In this document: piece after piece, positions 47,555-57,491 of the stretch
How the letters are laid out: each line of letters begins with the position of its first letter
Numbering within the stretch: the stretch's first letter is position 1
Assembly: GCA_963422395.1 (NCBI GenBank)
Contig: OY729431.1
Location: 1,568,001 to 1,632,000 of the forward strand
Length of the DNA: 64,000 nucleotides
Direction: 5' to 3'
From: Vicinamibacteria bacterium
GTDB lineage: Bacteria > Acidobacteriota > Vicinamibacteria > Marinacidobacterales > Marinacidobacteraceae
Program-made: the position numbers and the translations under genes
Notes under the pieces: generated by a model
The model's database searches: none
The model's input: the letters and a program-made list of their open reading frames with translations, nothing else
Told to the model about the DNA's origin: nothing

Positions 47555-48781
47555 TCAGCAGTGCCGGGAAGCGCGCGCCCGTCCGGCAGGACGGAACCGC
47601 CGCAGGTGCTCGGCGAGCTCGCGCACGCTCGCGAGGTCGTTCACCGGCAGGAAGTCGTGGACATGGGGGAGTGCCGCCGCCATGCCGCGGGTGAGAGGCT
47701 CGTAGCCGGCGTCGCCGAGCAGCGGATTCAGCCAGACGATCCGCCAGGCGAGGCCCCGAAGCCGCTCCATCTCGGCCGCGACCAGCCCCGGGTCGCCCCG
47801 GTCCCAGCCGTCGCTCACCAGCAGCACCACCGCCGCGGAAGTGGGCAGCCGGCGCGCCCATTCCCGGTTGAAACGGTGGAGCGCTTCGCCGATCCGAGTG
47901 CCGCCCGACCAGTCCCGCACCGCCCCGGAGGCCTCGCGGAGCGCCCGGTCCACCCGCCGATCGGCCAGTTTGCGAGTGATCCGGGTGAGCCGGGTAGCGA
48001 ACACGAAGGTCTCCACCCGGCTTCTCGTCCCGTGTGACAACCCGTAGAGAAAGTGGAGCAGGACCCGCGCGGTCTGCTCCATCGAACCGCTCACATCGGC
48101 CAGCACGATGATCGGACGCGGCTTCTCCCGGCGGCGGCGGCGCGTGAGGCGGAAACACTCGCCGCCATGGCGAAGGCTGCTGCGGAGCGTGCGCCGGAGA
48201 TCCAGGGAGCGGCGTCCGCCGGGGCCGAAACGCACCACCCGCCGCGCCGCCGCTTCCCACCCCGCATCCCGCATCAGCGCCTGCACCGCGCGCAGTTCTT
48301 CCTCGTCGAGGTCGGAGAAATCGCGCCGCTCCAGCGCCTCGCGGTCGCTCCAGGTACGTCGGGCGAAGGGGCGCGGGGGGCTCTCTTCGTCTCCCCCCCG
48401 GCCCCCGCCAGGGTCGAACCGGAAGGTCGCGGGAACGGAAGTCGTCCGCGGCTTCCGCAGGACCATCCCCGGAAGGCGTGCCCGGGTCCATCGTTCGGGC
48501 GGGGTCTCCCAGAACATGGAAAAGGCGGCGTCGAAGAGCTCCAGATCCTCTCGGCGGTGGACCAGGAGCGCCCGGGCGGCGGCATGGAACTCCTCCCGCC
48601 GGAAGACTTCGATGCGGGACAGCGCCTCCGCCAGGTCGAGCATCCGGGCGGTGGACACCGAGAGACCGATCCCCCGCAGCAGACGCCCGAACAGGGTGAG
48701 GTTGCGAAGCAGCGGCGGCAGGGAGTCGGGCCGGGCGTCAGGTCGAGAGGCGGGCGCCCCCCCGCTCACCGCACCGCTCAC
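47555..48781 (-). CDS. coxE: CoxE-like vWA domain protein
   Basis: LADVSGSM, FVFATRLTRIT, DWSGGTRIG, VSDGWDRG, WLNPL. Confidence 0.9.
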   Translation of the reverse strand: MSGAVSGGAPASRPDARPDSLPPLLRNLTLFGRLLRGIGLSVSTARMLDLAEALSRIEVFRREEFHAAARALLVHRREDLELFDAAFSMFWETPPERWTRARLPGMVLRKPRTTSVPATFRFDPGGGRGGDEESPPRPFARRTWSDREALERRDFSDLDEEELRAVQALMRDAGWEAAARRVVRFGPGGRRSLDLRRTLRSSLRHGGECFRLTRRRRREKPRPIIVLADVSGSMEQTARVLLHFLYGLSHGTRSRVETFVFATRLTRITRKLADRRVDRALREASGAVRDWSGGTRIGEALHRFNREWARRLPTSAAVVLLVSDGWDRGDPGLVAAEMERLRGLAWRIVWLNPLLGDAGYEPLTRGMAAALPHVHDFLPVNDLASVRELAEHLRRFRPAGRARASRHC

Positions 48782-49704
48782 TCGCCAGGCGCGGCGATGC
48801 GGGTGAGGATCGCGGCGCTGCGTTCGCCGCGGACGGCTTCGAGATCGTCCCGATATTTGAGCAGCGCGCCGAGCGTTCGATCCACCGCCGCCTCGTCGAG
48901 CGCCGTCTGCCCGAGCGCGGCGAGCGCCATCGTCCAGTCGAGAGTTTCCGAAACCCCCGGCCGCTTGAAGAGGTCCAGTTCCCGCAGTTCCTGGACGAAG
49001 CGGGTGGCCTCCGCGGCGAGCCGGGCCGCCGCATCCGGGACCCGTTCGCGGACGATCGCAAGCTCCCGTTCGTAGCCGGGATACGGGATCCAGTGATAGA
49101 GACAGCGGCGCTTCAGCGCATCGTGCACCTCGCGAGTGCGGTTCGAGGTGAGGATCACCACCGGCGGGGCCCCGGCGCGGATGGTGCCGATCTCCGGAAT
49201 AGTGATCTGGAAATCCGAGAGCACTTCCAGAAGATAGGCCTCGAATTCCTCATCGCTGCGATCCACTTCATCGAGGAGCAGGACCGGGCGCTTCGCCGGG
49301 CTAGAACTCTCGATGGCGCGGAGCAGCGGCCGGCGGAGGAGGAACTCCGGACCGAACAGCTCGCTCTGCTCCATCTTCCCCCGGGCGCTCTCGGCGAGCC
49401 GGATGGCCAGCATCTGCCGGGTGTAGTTCCATTCGTAGGCGGCCTGCGCGATGTCGAGCCCCTCGTAACACTGCATCCGGAGGAGCGGCGCGCCGAGGAG
49501 CGCTGCGGTCACCTTGGCGAGCTCGGTCTTCCCCACGCCCGCCTCGCCCTCGAGAAACAGGGGACGTTCGAGCCGGAGCGCGAGGAAGAGCGCGGTGGCG
49601 AGACCGGTGTCGGCGATGTATCCCTGCCCGGCGAGCGCCGCCCGGAGCTCGGGCACCGAAGCGGCGGGCATCGCCGGAGCGACTTTCGAGCCCGATCGGG
49701 TCAA
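48778..49704 (-). CDS. coxD: CoxD-like MoxR AAA+ ATPase
   Basis: LEGEAGVGKTE, QCYEGLD, YEWNY, LLDEVDR, TSNRTREVHDALKRRC. Confidence 0.92.
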   Translation of the reverse strand: MTRSGSKVAPAMPAASVPELRAALAGQGYIADTGLATALFLALRLERPLFLEGEAGVGKTELAKVTAALLGAPLLRMQCYEGLDIAQAAYEWNYTRQMLAIRLAESARGKMEQSELFGPEFLLRRPLLRAIESSSPAKRPVLLLDEVDRSDEEFEAYLLEVLSDFQITIPEIGTIRAGAPPVVILTSNRTREVHDALKRRCLYHWIPYPGYERELAIVRERVPDAAARLAAEATRFVQELRELDLFKRPGVSETLDWTMALAALGQTALDEAAVDRTLGALLKYRDDLEAVRGERSAAILTRIAAPGE

Positions 49705-49755
49705 AGGACCGGCGGCAACAGCAACAGGCCGATGGAGGCGGGCCGGCGGGTCGGG

Positions 49756-50625
49756 TCAGGCAGCGGCGCGTGACGCCGCCAGACCGAGTGCCCGCTTCGC
49801 GTACACCCCTGCCAAGTGGGTGCGGAACTCGCCGGAGGCATAGAGGTCGCCGAGAGGACCCGCGAAAGCGTCCTCGACCCGCGCCGCAGCCGCAGCGATC
49901 CGCTCCGGACTGGCGGGTCCCCCGCAGAGCGCCGCGGCCGCAGCCCCGGCGAGGACTGCCTTGCCGTCCACTCCGCCGATCCCGACCGCGCAGTCCGAAA
50001 CCTCGCCGTCCTCGACCCGCATCCGCGCTGCCGCCCCGACCACCGCGTAGCTGGAAGCGGGATGCCGGTGCTTCAGGTAGGCGCTCGCCGGAGCGTGGGG
50101 AATCCGCACTGCGGTGATGATCTCGGTTTCTTCGAGCGCCGTGGTCAGGATGTCCACGAAGAAATCGACCGCCGGAATGGTGCGCCCGCCAGCAGGCCCC
50201 ACCGCCGTGATCTCGGCGCCGAGCGCGAGCATCGCCGCCGGGTAATCGGCGCCCGGGTCGGCGTGGGCGAGGCTCCCCCCCAAGGTGCCGCGATTGCGAA
50301 CCTGGATGTCACCGATCGCCGCCGCGGCCTCGGCGAGCATCGGGCAGACCCGGCGCACCACCCCGGAGTCGGCAACTGCGGCGTGGGTGGCCAGCGCTCC
50401 GAGCACGAGGGACCCACCCTTCCCGTCTCCTTCGGATTCGATGCCGTCGAGGCCGGGAATGCGCCCGATGTCCACCACCGCAGCCGGCTGGGCGGCGCGC
50501 AGCTTCATCGCCGGGATGAGGCTGTGCCCGCCGGAGACGAGCTTGGCGTCCGGGAGAGAACCGAGGAGACCGATCGCCTCGGTGATCGAGGTAGCGCGGT
50601 GGTAATCGAATTGCTGCGGATACAT
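49756..50625 (-). CDS. coxM: CoxM/CutM-type FAD subunit of a molybdenum hydroxylase
   Basis: GGHSLIPAMKLR, IGDIQVRNRGTLGGS..HADP. Confidence 0.92.
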   Translation of the reverse strand: MYPQQFDYHRATSITEAIGLLGSLPDAKLVSGGHSLIPAMKLRAAQPAAVVDIGRIPGLDGIESEGDGKGGSLVLGALATHAAVADSGVVRRVCPMLAEAAAAIGDIQVRNRGTLGGSLAHADPGADYPAAMLALGAEITAVGPAGGRTIPAVDFFVDILTTALEETEIITAVRIPHAPASAYLKHRHPASSYAVVGAAARMRVEDGEVSDCAVGIGGVDGKAVLAGAAAAALCGGPASPERIAAAAARVEDAFAGPLGDLYASGEFRTHLAGVYAKRALGLAASRAAA

Positions 50626-50696
50626 GGAAGTCTCCTCGTACTGGTAATCCCTCTACCGGTGATCTCGACGAATTCCGACTATTCCCAACTGGGGGC

Positions 50697-53069
50697 TCAG
50701 GCGGCATCCCGAGCAGCATCCCGAGCGCTACGGACCGCCCGCCAGATCCGCTCTGGAGTGATCGGCATCTCGACATGGTGGACGCCGAGGGGTGCAAGCG
50801 CATCGGCGACCGCGTTCGCCACCGCGGCGGTAGCGGCGATGGTCCCCATCTCGCCGGCGCCCTTCACCCCGAGCGGATTGTGGGGCGAGGGGGTTTCGAT
50901 GCGGGCCACCTCGATGCCGGGGAGGAGGTCCGCCCGCGGCACCGCGTACTCCAGGAGGGTCCCGGAGAGGAGCTGGCCGCTCTCGGAGTAGGCGCCGACT
51001 TCGGTGAGCGCCTGCCCGACGCCCTGCACCACACCTCCCTGGATCTGCCCTTCGACGATCATCGGGTTGATCACCTTGCCGACATCGTCCACCGCCACAT
51101 AGCGGAGGATGCGGACCTGCCAGCTCTCGGGACAGATCTCGACCTCGCAGATATGGGAGCTGGCCGGAAAAGTGAAGTTCGAGGGATCGTAGAAACTGAC
51201 GAAGTCGAGCCCCGGCTCCATACCCTCCGGCAGGCTGTGCGCGGTGTAGGCGGCGAAGGCGATCTCGCCGAAGTCCTTGCCGCGCTCCGGGGCCCCCTTG
51301 ACCTGGACCCGACCGGCACTCCGGTCGTACTCCACATCCTCCTCGGCGGCCTCGAGCAGGTGGGCGCCGATCTTCCGGACCTTGTCGCGCACCTTCTCGG
51401 CGCTCCGCACCAACGCCGAGCCCCCCACGCAGGCGCTGCGGCTGCCGTAGGTTCCCATGCCGAAGTTCACCCGCCCGGTATCGCCGTGGACGACTTCGAC
51501 GGTTTCGATGGGAACGCCGAGTTCGTCGGCGGCCACCTGCGCGAAAGTGGTCTCGTGCCCCTGCCCATGGGCGTGGGATCCGGTGAAGACGCTCACCTGC
51601 CCGGTGGGGTGGACGCGGACTTCGCCGCTCTCCCAAAAGCCCACCGCCGAGCCGAGCGAACCGGCGACCGCCGACGGCGCGGGGCCGCTGGCTTCGATGC
51701 AGCAGACGACTCCGACTCCCCGCAGCTCGCCGGCGGCGCGGGCTTCCGTCTGCGCCTCGCGCATCGCGTCGTAGCCGGCACGGTCGGCCGCAGTCTGCAG
51801 GAGGCGTTCGTAATCGCCGCTGTCGTAACAGAAAGCCACCGGCGTCTGGTAGGGGAACTCTTCCTTGCGAATGGCGTTCTGGCGCCGGAGCGCCAGCGGA
51901 TCCCGGCCCAGCCGGACGGCAGCGAGATCCACGAGCCGCTCGACGAGGTAAGCCGCCTCCGGCCTCCCGGCGCCCCGGTAAGCGTCCACCGGCACGGTAT
52001 GGGTGAGCGTTCCGTACGCCTGGCCGAAAACTCCCGGGATCCGATAGTTCCCGGAGAGCAGCGTGATGTAGAGCGCGGTCGGGATCAGCGGGGCGAAGGT
52101 GGAGAGGTAGGCCCCCTGATTCGCCCAGGTCTCGACATCGAGTCCGGTGAAGGTCCCGTCGCTCTTCATCGCGAGTTTGGCGACCGTCACATGGTCCCGA
52201 CCGTGGGAGTCCGTCATCTGACTCTCGGTGCGGGTCGCCACCCAGCGCACCGGCCGACCGACTCGCCGCGCCACCCAAGGCACGATGACTTCCTCGGGAT
52301 AGTGGAAGATCTTGCTCCCGAAGCCGCCGCCGACATCGGGAGAGATCACCCGCAGCCGGCTCTCGGGGATGCCCAGGGTGAACGCCGAGAGCAGGAGGCG
52401 GATCGGGTGCGGGTTCTGGCTGGTGGTCCAGACGGTCATCTCTTCGGAGGCCGCATCCCACTGCGCCGCCGCGGCGCGCGGCTCCATCGCGGTCGGGATG
52501 AGGCGCTGGTTCACCAGTTCCAGCTCGACGATCTCGTCGGCTTCTCTGAACGCCTGGTCGCACGCCTCCCGGTCGCCGAGCCCCCAGCGCCAGGAGATGT
52601 TGTCCTCGATCCCCTCGTGGACGACCGGAGCCGCTTCTTCCGTGGTCCGGCGGGCATCCACCACTGCGGGAAGCGGCTCGTAGTCCACCTCGATCGCCTC
52701 CACCGCGTCGGCAGCGAGATAGGGAGATTCGGCGACCACCACGGCCACCGAATCTCCGACATGGCGGACCCGGTCGGTGACCACCACCGGCCGCTCGGGC
52801 ACCCGGGTGTCAGGCACCTGCCAGCCGCAGGGCAAGGCGCCGCATCCGCCATCCCGGAAGTCCTGCCCAGTGAAAACGGCGAGGACGCCGTGCATGGCGA
52901 GCGCCGCCGAAGTATCCATCCCGACGATCCGGGCATGGGCGTGGGGGCTGCGCTTCACTGCCACATGCACCATCCCGGGAAGCTGGAGGTTCGCCACATA
53001 ACGCCCCTTGCCTCGCAGGAAACGCGGGTCTTCCCGCCGCTTCACCGAAGTCCCGACATAACGGCCCAT
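50697..53069 (-). CDS. coxL: Molybdopterin large subunit, form II CoxL-like
   Basis: RREDPRFL, DVGGGFGSK, AYRGAGRPEA (form II motif), HGQGHETT, GTYGSRS, GVKGAGE. Confidence 0.9.
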   Translation of the reverse strand: MGRYVGTSVKRREDPRFLRGKGRYVANLQLPGMVHVAVKRSPHAHARIVGMDTSAALAMHGVLAVFTGQDFRDGGCGALPCGWQVPDTRVPERPVVVTDRVRHVGDSVAVVVAESPYLAADAVEAIEVDYEPLPAVVDARRTTEEAAPVVHEGIEDNISWRWGLGDREACDQAFREADEIVELELVNQRLIPTAMEPRAAAAQWDAASEEMTVWTTSQNPHPIRLLLSAFTLGIPESRLRVISPDVGGGFGSKIFHYPEEVIVPWVARRVGRPVRWVATRTESQMTDSHGRDHVTVAKLAMKSDGTFTGLDVETWANQGAYLSTFAPLIPTALYITLLSGNYRIPGVFGQAYGTLTHTVPVDAYRGAGRPEAAYLVERLVDLAAVRLGRDPLALRRQNAIRKEEFPYQTPVAFCYDSGDYERLLQTAADRAGYDAMREAQTEARAAGELRGVGVVCCIEASGPAPSAVAGSLGSAVGFWESGEVRVHPTGQVSVFTGSHAHGQGHETTFAQVAADELGVPIETVEVVHGDTGRVNFGMGTYGSRSACVGGSALVRSAEKVRDKVRKIGAHLLEAAEEDVEYDRSAGRVQVKGAPERGKDFGEIAFAAYTAHSLPEGMEPGLDFVSFYDPSNFTFPASSHICEVEICPESWQVRILRYVAVDDVGKVINPMIVEGQIQGGVVQGVGQALTEVGAYSESGQLLSGTLLEYAVPRADLLPGIEVARIETPSPHNPLGVKGAGEMGTIAATAAVANAVADALAPLGVHHVEMPITPERIWRAVRSARDAARDAA

Positions 53070-53111
53070 GGTTCTCCTCCTCCCGGTCTTCGCGAACGCG
53101 CCGAGCCCCGC

Positions 53112-53582
53112 TCAGCGCGCCTCGCGCGCGCCGGCCGCGACTATCGACTTGACGATGTTCTCGTAGCCGGTACAGCGGCAGATGTTGCCTTCGAGTCCGT
53201 GGCGGATCTCGGCGTCCGACGCCGACGGGTGGCGTTCCAGGATCTCGACCGCGGTCAGGATCATCCCCGGAGTGCAGAAACCGCACTGGAGCCCGTGGTT
53301 GTCCCAGAAGGCCTGCTGGATCGGGTGGAGTCCGCCTTCTCCGGCCAACCCCTCGATGGTGGTGATCTCGCTGCCGTCCGCCTGCACCGCGAGGATGGTG
53401 CAGGACTTGACCGCCTGACCGTCCATCAGCACGGTGCAAGACCCGCACTGCGAGGTGTCACAGCCGATATTGGTCCCCGTCAGGCCGAGCCGGTCGCGCA
53501 GCAGATGGCAGAGGAGGAGGCGGGATTCGACTTCGGCTTCCTCTGCCGCGCCGTTGACGCGGATACGAACTCGGTGGCTCAT
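53112..53582 (-). CDS. coxS: CoxS-type [2Fe-2S] subunit
   Basis: GCDTSQCGSCTV, QCGFCTPG, GNICRCTGY; ATG 53582. Confidence 0.93.
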   Translation of the reverse strand: MSHRVRIRVNGAAEEAEVESRLLLCHLLRDRLGLTGTNIGCDTSQCGSCTVLMDGQAVKSCTILAVQADGSEITTIEGLAGEGGLHPIQQAFWDNHGLQCGFCTPGMILTAVEILERHPSASDAEIRHGLEGNICRCTGYENIVKSIVAAGAREAR

Positions 53583-53703
53583 GGGTGCTTCCTCCGTGCC
53601 GGACGTCTCCGAGGGTATCCGGGAACGCCGCCGAATCGCAAGGTCTCGTCGGCCCCAGCGCACCGATGGGGGAGCCGCCTGCCGGATTCAGGGGGAACGG
53701 ATC

Positions 53704-53807
53704 ACCTTCGACGCCGCGAAGTGTTCGTGGCGGCGCTGGAGCACGGGCGACGCCGTCTGGCGGACGACTTCCCGTTGTCCAATCGGCTGATCCGCGAGAT
53801 GCACGGT
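53704..53807 (+). pseudogene. Internal remnant of a Fic-family gene
   Basis: Translates to EV.VAALEHG.RRL.DDFPLSNRLIREMH, the segment I recall preceding the Fic core; no start and no HPF..GNGR motif. Confidence 0.6.
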
Positions 53808-53961
53808 GCCCAAGCGGGGTCGGCGGTGCCTACGCGGGGAAGGAGAAGCGCCTGCTGCACCAGGGCAGCGAGTTTCACGAGTAGGCTGAGCTCCCATCTC
53901 GGACAGGGCGCTTCCCGAAGCGGCAGAATCAGCGGAGAACTTCTACACTGCCTTCGAAATC

Positions 53962-54930
53962 ATGCGCCCTGCCCTCTTCCTGGTTTTCGCTCTCGTCGCT
54001 GCACTGGCGGCGTCTGAACAGCCGAAGGCCGCCCAGGCGCCGGCCGAGACCCGGGAGGCGGTGCTCGGCGACCGGTTCAGCTTCATGGTCCGGGTCCCGA
54101 GCGTCACCCTCGATGTCGTGGTCGCCGACGAGCTCGGCCGGTTCGTCACCGGGCTCGGCGCCGACGACTTCGAGGTTCTCGAGGACGGCGATCCCCAGGA
54201 GATCCGTTTTTTCACCGCCGATCTGACGCCGGTGACCAGCCTCTTGCTGCTCGACACCTCCGCCTCGGTGCGTTCGAGCCTCTCGGCGATCCAGACCGCC
54301 GCCTACCTCTTCCTGCGCAACATGGCCACCGGCGACCGGGGGCGGGTCGCCACCTTCGCCGAGGGAGTGCGCTTCGGCCCGCCCTACCAGACCGAGATCT
54401 GGAACCAGGTGGCGATGATCCGGGCGATGCGCCCGTTCGGGAAGACCGCGCTCTACGACGCCATCCTCACCAGCCTCGAAGAATTGTCCCGGGTCGAGGA
54501 ACGGAAGGCGCTCATCCTGGTTTCCGACGGGGAGGATTCGGGGACGGACGCCAGCGGCAGCGCCAGCACCCGGACGCATGCCATCGAGGGCGCACGGCTC
54601 TCCGAGGGCGCCATCTATACGGTGGGCTATACCGGCTGGAGCCCCGAGGGCGGCGGCCGGCTGAACCGTGAGTTCCTCGACGCGGTGGCCGAGCAGAGCG
54701 GCGGGCGCTCCTACTACCCCGAAAAGGTCGAAGACCTCTCGCGCCACTTCCGTCAGATCCAGCACGAGCTGCACCGGCAGTACCAGATCGCCTACCTGCC
54801 TTCCCGGAACCGGAAGGAAGGCGGCTGGCGGAGCATCGAGGTCCGAATCAAGGGGCGCGGCGACCTCGTCGCCCGAACCCGCAAGGGCTACTACGCCGCC
54901 CCCGACAGCGACACCGGGACTCCGCGCTAA
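53962..54930 (+). CDS. Secreted VWA domain protein (Acidobacterial VWFA-related type)
   Basis: Signal peptide; V.LDVVV.D..GRFVTGL..DDFEVLEDG..QEI, LLLDTSAS, TALYDAI, VSDGED, RTRKGYYA. Confidence 0.9.
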   Translation: MRPALFLVFALVAALAASEQPKAAQAPAETREAVLGDRFSFMVRVPSVTLDVVVADELGRFVTGLGADDFEVLEDGDPQEIRFFTADLTPVTSLLLLDTSASVRSSLSAIQTAAYLFLRNMATGDRGRVATFAEGVRFGPPYQTEIWNQVAMIRAMRPFGKTALYDAILTSLEELSRVEERKALILVSDGEDSGTDASGSASTRTHAIEGARLSEGAIYTVGYTGWSPEGGGRLNREFLDAVAEQSGGRSYYPEKVEDLSRHFRQIQHELHRQYQIAYLPSRNRKEGGWRSIEVRIKGRGDLVARTRKGYYAAPDSDTGTPR

Positions 54931-54946
54931 CCGCGGACATCTTCGG

Positions 54947-54981
54947 CCTGGACGGCTAGCCCTGGACGGCTAGCTTGGACG
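54947..54981. repeat. 14-bp tandem repeat (CCTGGACGGCTAGC x2 plus partial)
   Basis: Exact copies at 54947-54960 and 54961-54974, then TTGGACG. Confidence 0.7.
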
Positions 54982-55077
54982 CGTTCGGCGAGCCGGAATC
55001 CGCACTCGGTCCGTCCTCCCCCGTGGTCCGGCGGAAACCCGGATAATCGGGAGGCGCCGCTGCCGCTGCGCGAGGAG

Positions 55078-56145
55078 ATGCTCCCGATGATCCGATCCGC
55101 CCCGCGAACCGAAACGCTTCTCCGGAACCTGTGTCCGGCACTCACCCTCGCCGCGCTCACCGCCGCCTGCGGAGCGCCGGAACCCGCGGCACCATCCGCC
55201 GCAGCGCCCACTCGACCGGCCGAAAAGACTCCGGCACCGCAGTACATCCTCACTCCGGAGAACACTCACAACCGCTGGAGCGCGGCGATCCCGCCGGTCC
55301 TCAGCGTGCCCTCGGGAGCGGTGATCGAAGTCCACACCAAGGAGGCGTCGGACGGTCAGATCACTCCCGAGACGCGAGTAGAGGATCTCGCCTCGGTGGA
55401 CTTCGGCCTGATCCACGCGCTCACCGGTCCCATCGAAGTGGAGGGCGCCCGCCCCGGGGATCTGCTCGCGGTAACCCTTCACGAAATCGAGGTCGCCGGC
55501 TGGGGTTGGGCCACCATCCTGCCCGGCTTCGGCTTCCTCGCCGACGAATTCACGGAGCCCTGGATCCGCGGCTTCGAGCTGGCCCCGGGAGCCACCGAAG
55601 CGGTCTTCGACGAGCGCATCACGCTGCCGCTCTCTCCCTTCCCCGGGGTTCTCGGTGTCGCACCCGCCACCGACGAAATGCTGGTGACCATCCCGCCCCG
55701 CGAGAACGGCGGCAACATGGACAACCGCCACATGCGCGCCGGGACCACGGTGTACCTCCCCGTCCAGGTCGAAGGAGCCATGTTTTCCATCGGCGACACC
55801 CACGCAGTCCAGGGCGACGGCGAGGTTTCCGGGACTGCGATCGAAGCCCCCATGCGCATCGTGCTGGAGCTCGAGGTGATGGAGAACCCGCGCGGCATCA
55901 CCGAACCCCAATACGAGACCGACGAGTACTACGGGACCACCGGCTTCGCCACCACGATCGATGAAGCGGCGAAGAAGGCCACCCGTTTCATGATCGCCTA
56001 CCTCGTGGCCGAACACGGCCTCACCCCCGAAGAGGCCTATGTGCTCTGTTCCCTCGCCGGCGATCTCAAGATCTCGGAGACCGTGGATGTCCCGCACATG
56101 CTGGTCAGCATGCACCTGCCGAAGTCCATCTTCGGCGAAAACTGA
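55078..56145 (+). CDS. Acetamidase/formamidase family protein with lipoprotein signal
   Basis: LTAAC lipobox; HALTGPIEVEGARPGD, ENGGNMD, GDTHAVQGDGEV..TAIE. Confidence 0.92.
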   Translation: MLPMIRSAPRTETLLRNLCPALTLAALTAACGAPEPAAPSAAAPTRPAEKTPAPQYILTPENTHNRWSAAIPPVLSVPSGAVIEVHTKEASDGQITPETRVEDLASVDFGLIHALTGPIEVEGARPGDLLAVTLHEIEVAGWGWATILPGFGFLADEFTEPWIRGFELAPGATEAVFDERITLPLSPFPGVLGVAPATDEMLVTIPPRENGGNMDNRHMRAGTTVYLPVQVEGAMFSIGDTHAVQGDGEVSGTAIEAPMRIVLELEVMENPRGITEPQYETDEYYGTTGFATTIDEAAKKATRFMIAYLVAEHGLTPEEAYVLCSLAGDLKISETVDVPHMLVSMHLPKSIFGEN

Positions 56146-56257
56146 AGCGATGCGCAATCGAAGGCGCCTCGGTCACCGGGCGATGGGCCTGGCCGATCTT
56201 CCTCGATCCCCTAGGCACGGGGCCGGCACGGGCTCGAGGTGCTTCCTGGCCGTTCGA

Positions 56258-57454
56258 TCAGCGGAGCGCCGCCAGGACCTTGCCGATGAAGGGGGAAACC
56301 GCGCCGCCTTCGATCCAGCGGACCACCACCACCAGATCGTTCTCCCAGTCCACATAGACGATATTGCTGCCGGCGCCGCGAAAGGTGACCGCGCTTTCGG
56401 GGGCGTCGGGGATGGACTGGACCATCGCCCCGTCCCGCTCTACCGGGCCGTTCAGGAACCAGTTCATGTACCCGTAAGACGGGTTCACCCCGCCCGGAGT
56501 GCGCGCCATGGCGATCCATTCCTCGGACAGGAGCTGCTGTCCCGCCCAATTCCCCATCCGCAGGAACAGGTAACCGAAGCGGGCGAGGTCGCGGGCGCTG
56601 ATGTGCATCCCGCCGCCCCAGTGTCCGCCGCCGCTCACCGACTGGACCCGGCGCCCGTCGATCATCACCCAGGAGTTCTCGTAGCCGTGCCAGCGCCAGC
56701 GGTTCGAGGCGCCGATGGGATCCATGATGTGTTCTCGGAGAACGACCGGGAGCGGGTCGCGCGCCAGCTGGAGCGCCGCGAGGGCGAGGAGGTTCACCCG
56801 GACATCGTTGTATTTGTAATGGGTTCCCGGCGGGTACATGGGGCGGTCGGGATACTCGAACGGGTGGTCTCCCACCGGGCGGTCGGCCCAGTCCGGCTTG
56901 TCCCACAGCGTTCCCTGCCAGTCGCTCGTCTGGCGGAGCAGGTGATCCCAGGTGATGGATTCGTTGTGCTCCGAACCGAAGAGTTCGTCGTCGGGCATGT
57001 AGCGGCCCACCCGGTCGTGGACCGAAGCGATCAGCCCGGCGTCGTAGAGGAGCCCCACCGTCGTGGAGAGGAAGGTCTTGGAGACGCTGAAGGTCATGTC
57101 CACCTTGTCGGTCGGGCCCCATTCCGAGACGATGTAGCCGTCTTTCACCACGATCCCGGACAGCGCTCCCCGCACCGTGGTAGGGCCGACGAGGGCCCCG
57201 TGAGGCTCGCGCCCGAAGGTCAGCTCGTGGTTCAGGGCGAGGTCACGCGGTGCGTCCGATTCCGAAGCCGCCGAGAACGCGGCTGCTTCCTCCAGAGCCG
57301 CGGGATCGAACCCCGCCTCCTCGGGCGTCCGGGTCTGCCAGTCGTGCCGAGCCGGGAAGTAGGGCTCCTCCTGGGCCGCCGGGGCCGGGGTCGAAGCGAA
57401 CAGCCCGATCAGGGCCGCACCCGCGAAGCGGGCCGTCGTGGTCCGAAGTCTCAT
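56258..57454 (-). CDS. Secreted serine hydrolase (beta-lactamase/AmpC fold)
   Basis: Signal peptide; SVSK, HLLRQTS, YKYND, ARDLARFG. Confidence 0.9.
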   Translation of the reverse strand: MRLRTTTARFAGAALIGLFASTPAPAAQEEPYFPARHDWQTRTPEEAGFDPAALEEAAAFSAASESDAPRDLALNHELTFGREPHGALVGPTTVRGALSGIVVKDGYIVSEWGPTDKVDMTFSVSKTFLSTTVGLLYDAGLIASVHDRVGRYMPDDELFGSEHNESITWDHLLRQTSDWQGTLWDKPDWADRPVGDHPFEYPDRPMYPPGTHYKYNDVRVNLLALAALQLARDPLPVVLREHIMDPIGASNRWRWHGYENSWVMIDGRRVQSVSGGGHWGGGMHISARDLARFGYLFLRMGNWAGQQLLSEEWIAMARTPGGVNPSYGYMNWFLNGPVERDGAMVQSIPDAPESAVTFRGAGSNIVYVDWENDLVVVVRWIEGGAVSPFIGKVLAALR

Positions 57455-57491
57455 CGCTCGGGGTCTCCTCGGGATTCCCGCAAGGCGGCGG

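Noticed and set aside
50697-53069. Bona fide form I CO dehydrogenase
   Set aside because: The active-site loop is AYRGAGR, not AYxCSFR, and the order is S-L-M rather than M-S-L.
56258-57454. True beta-lactamase
   Set aside because: Only the generic SxxK serine-hydrolase fold is evident; there is no resistance context.
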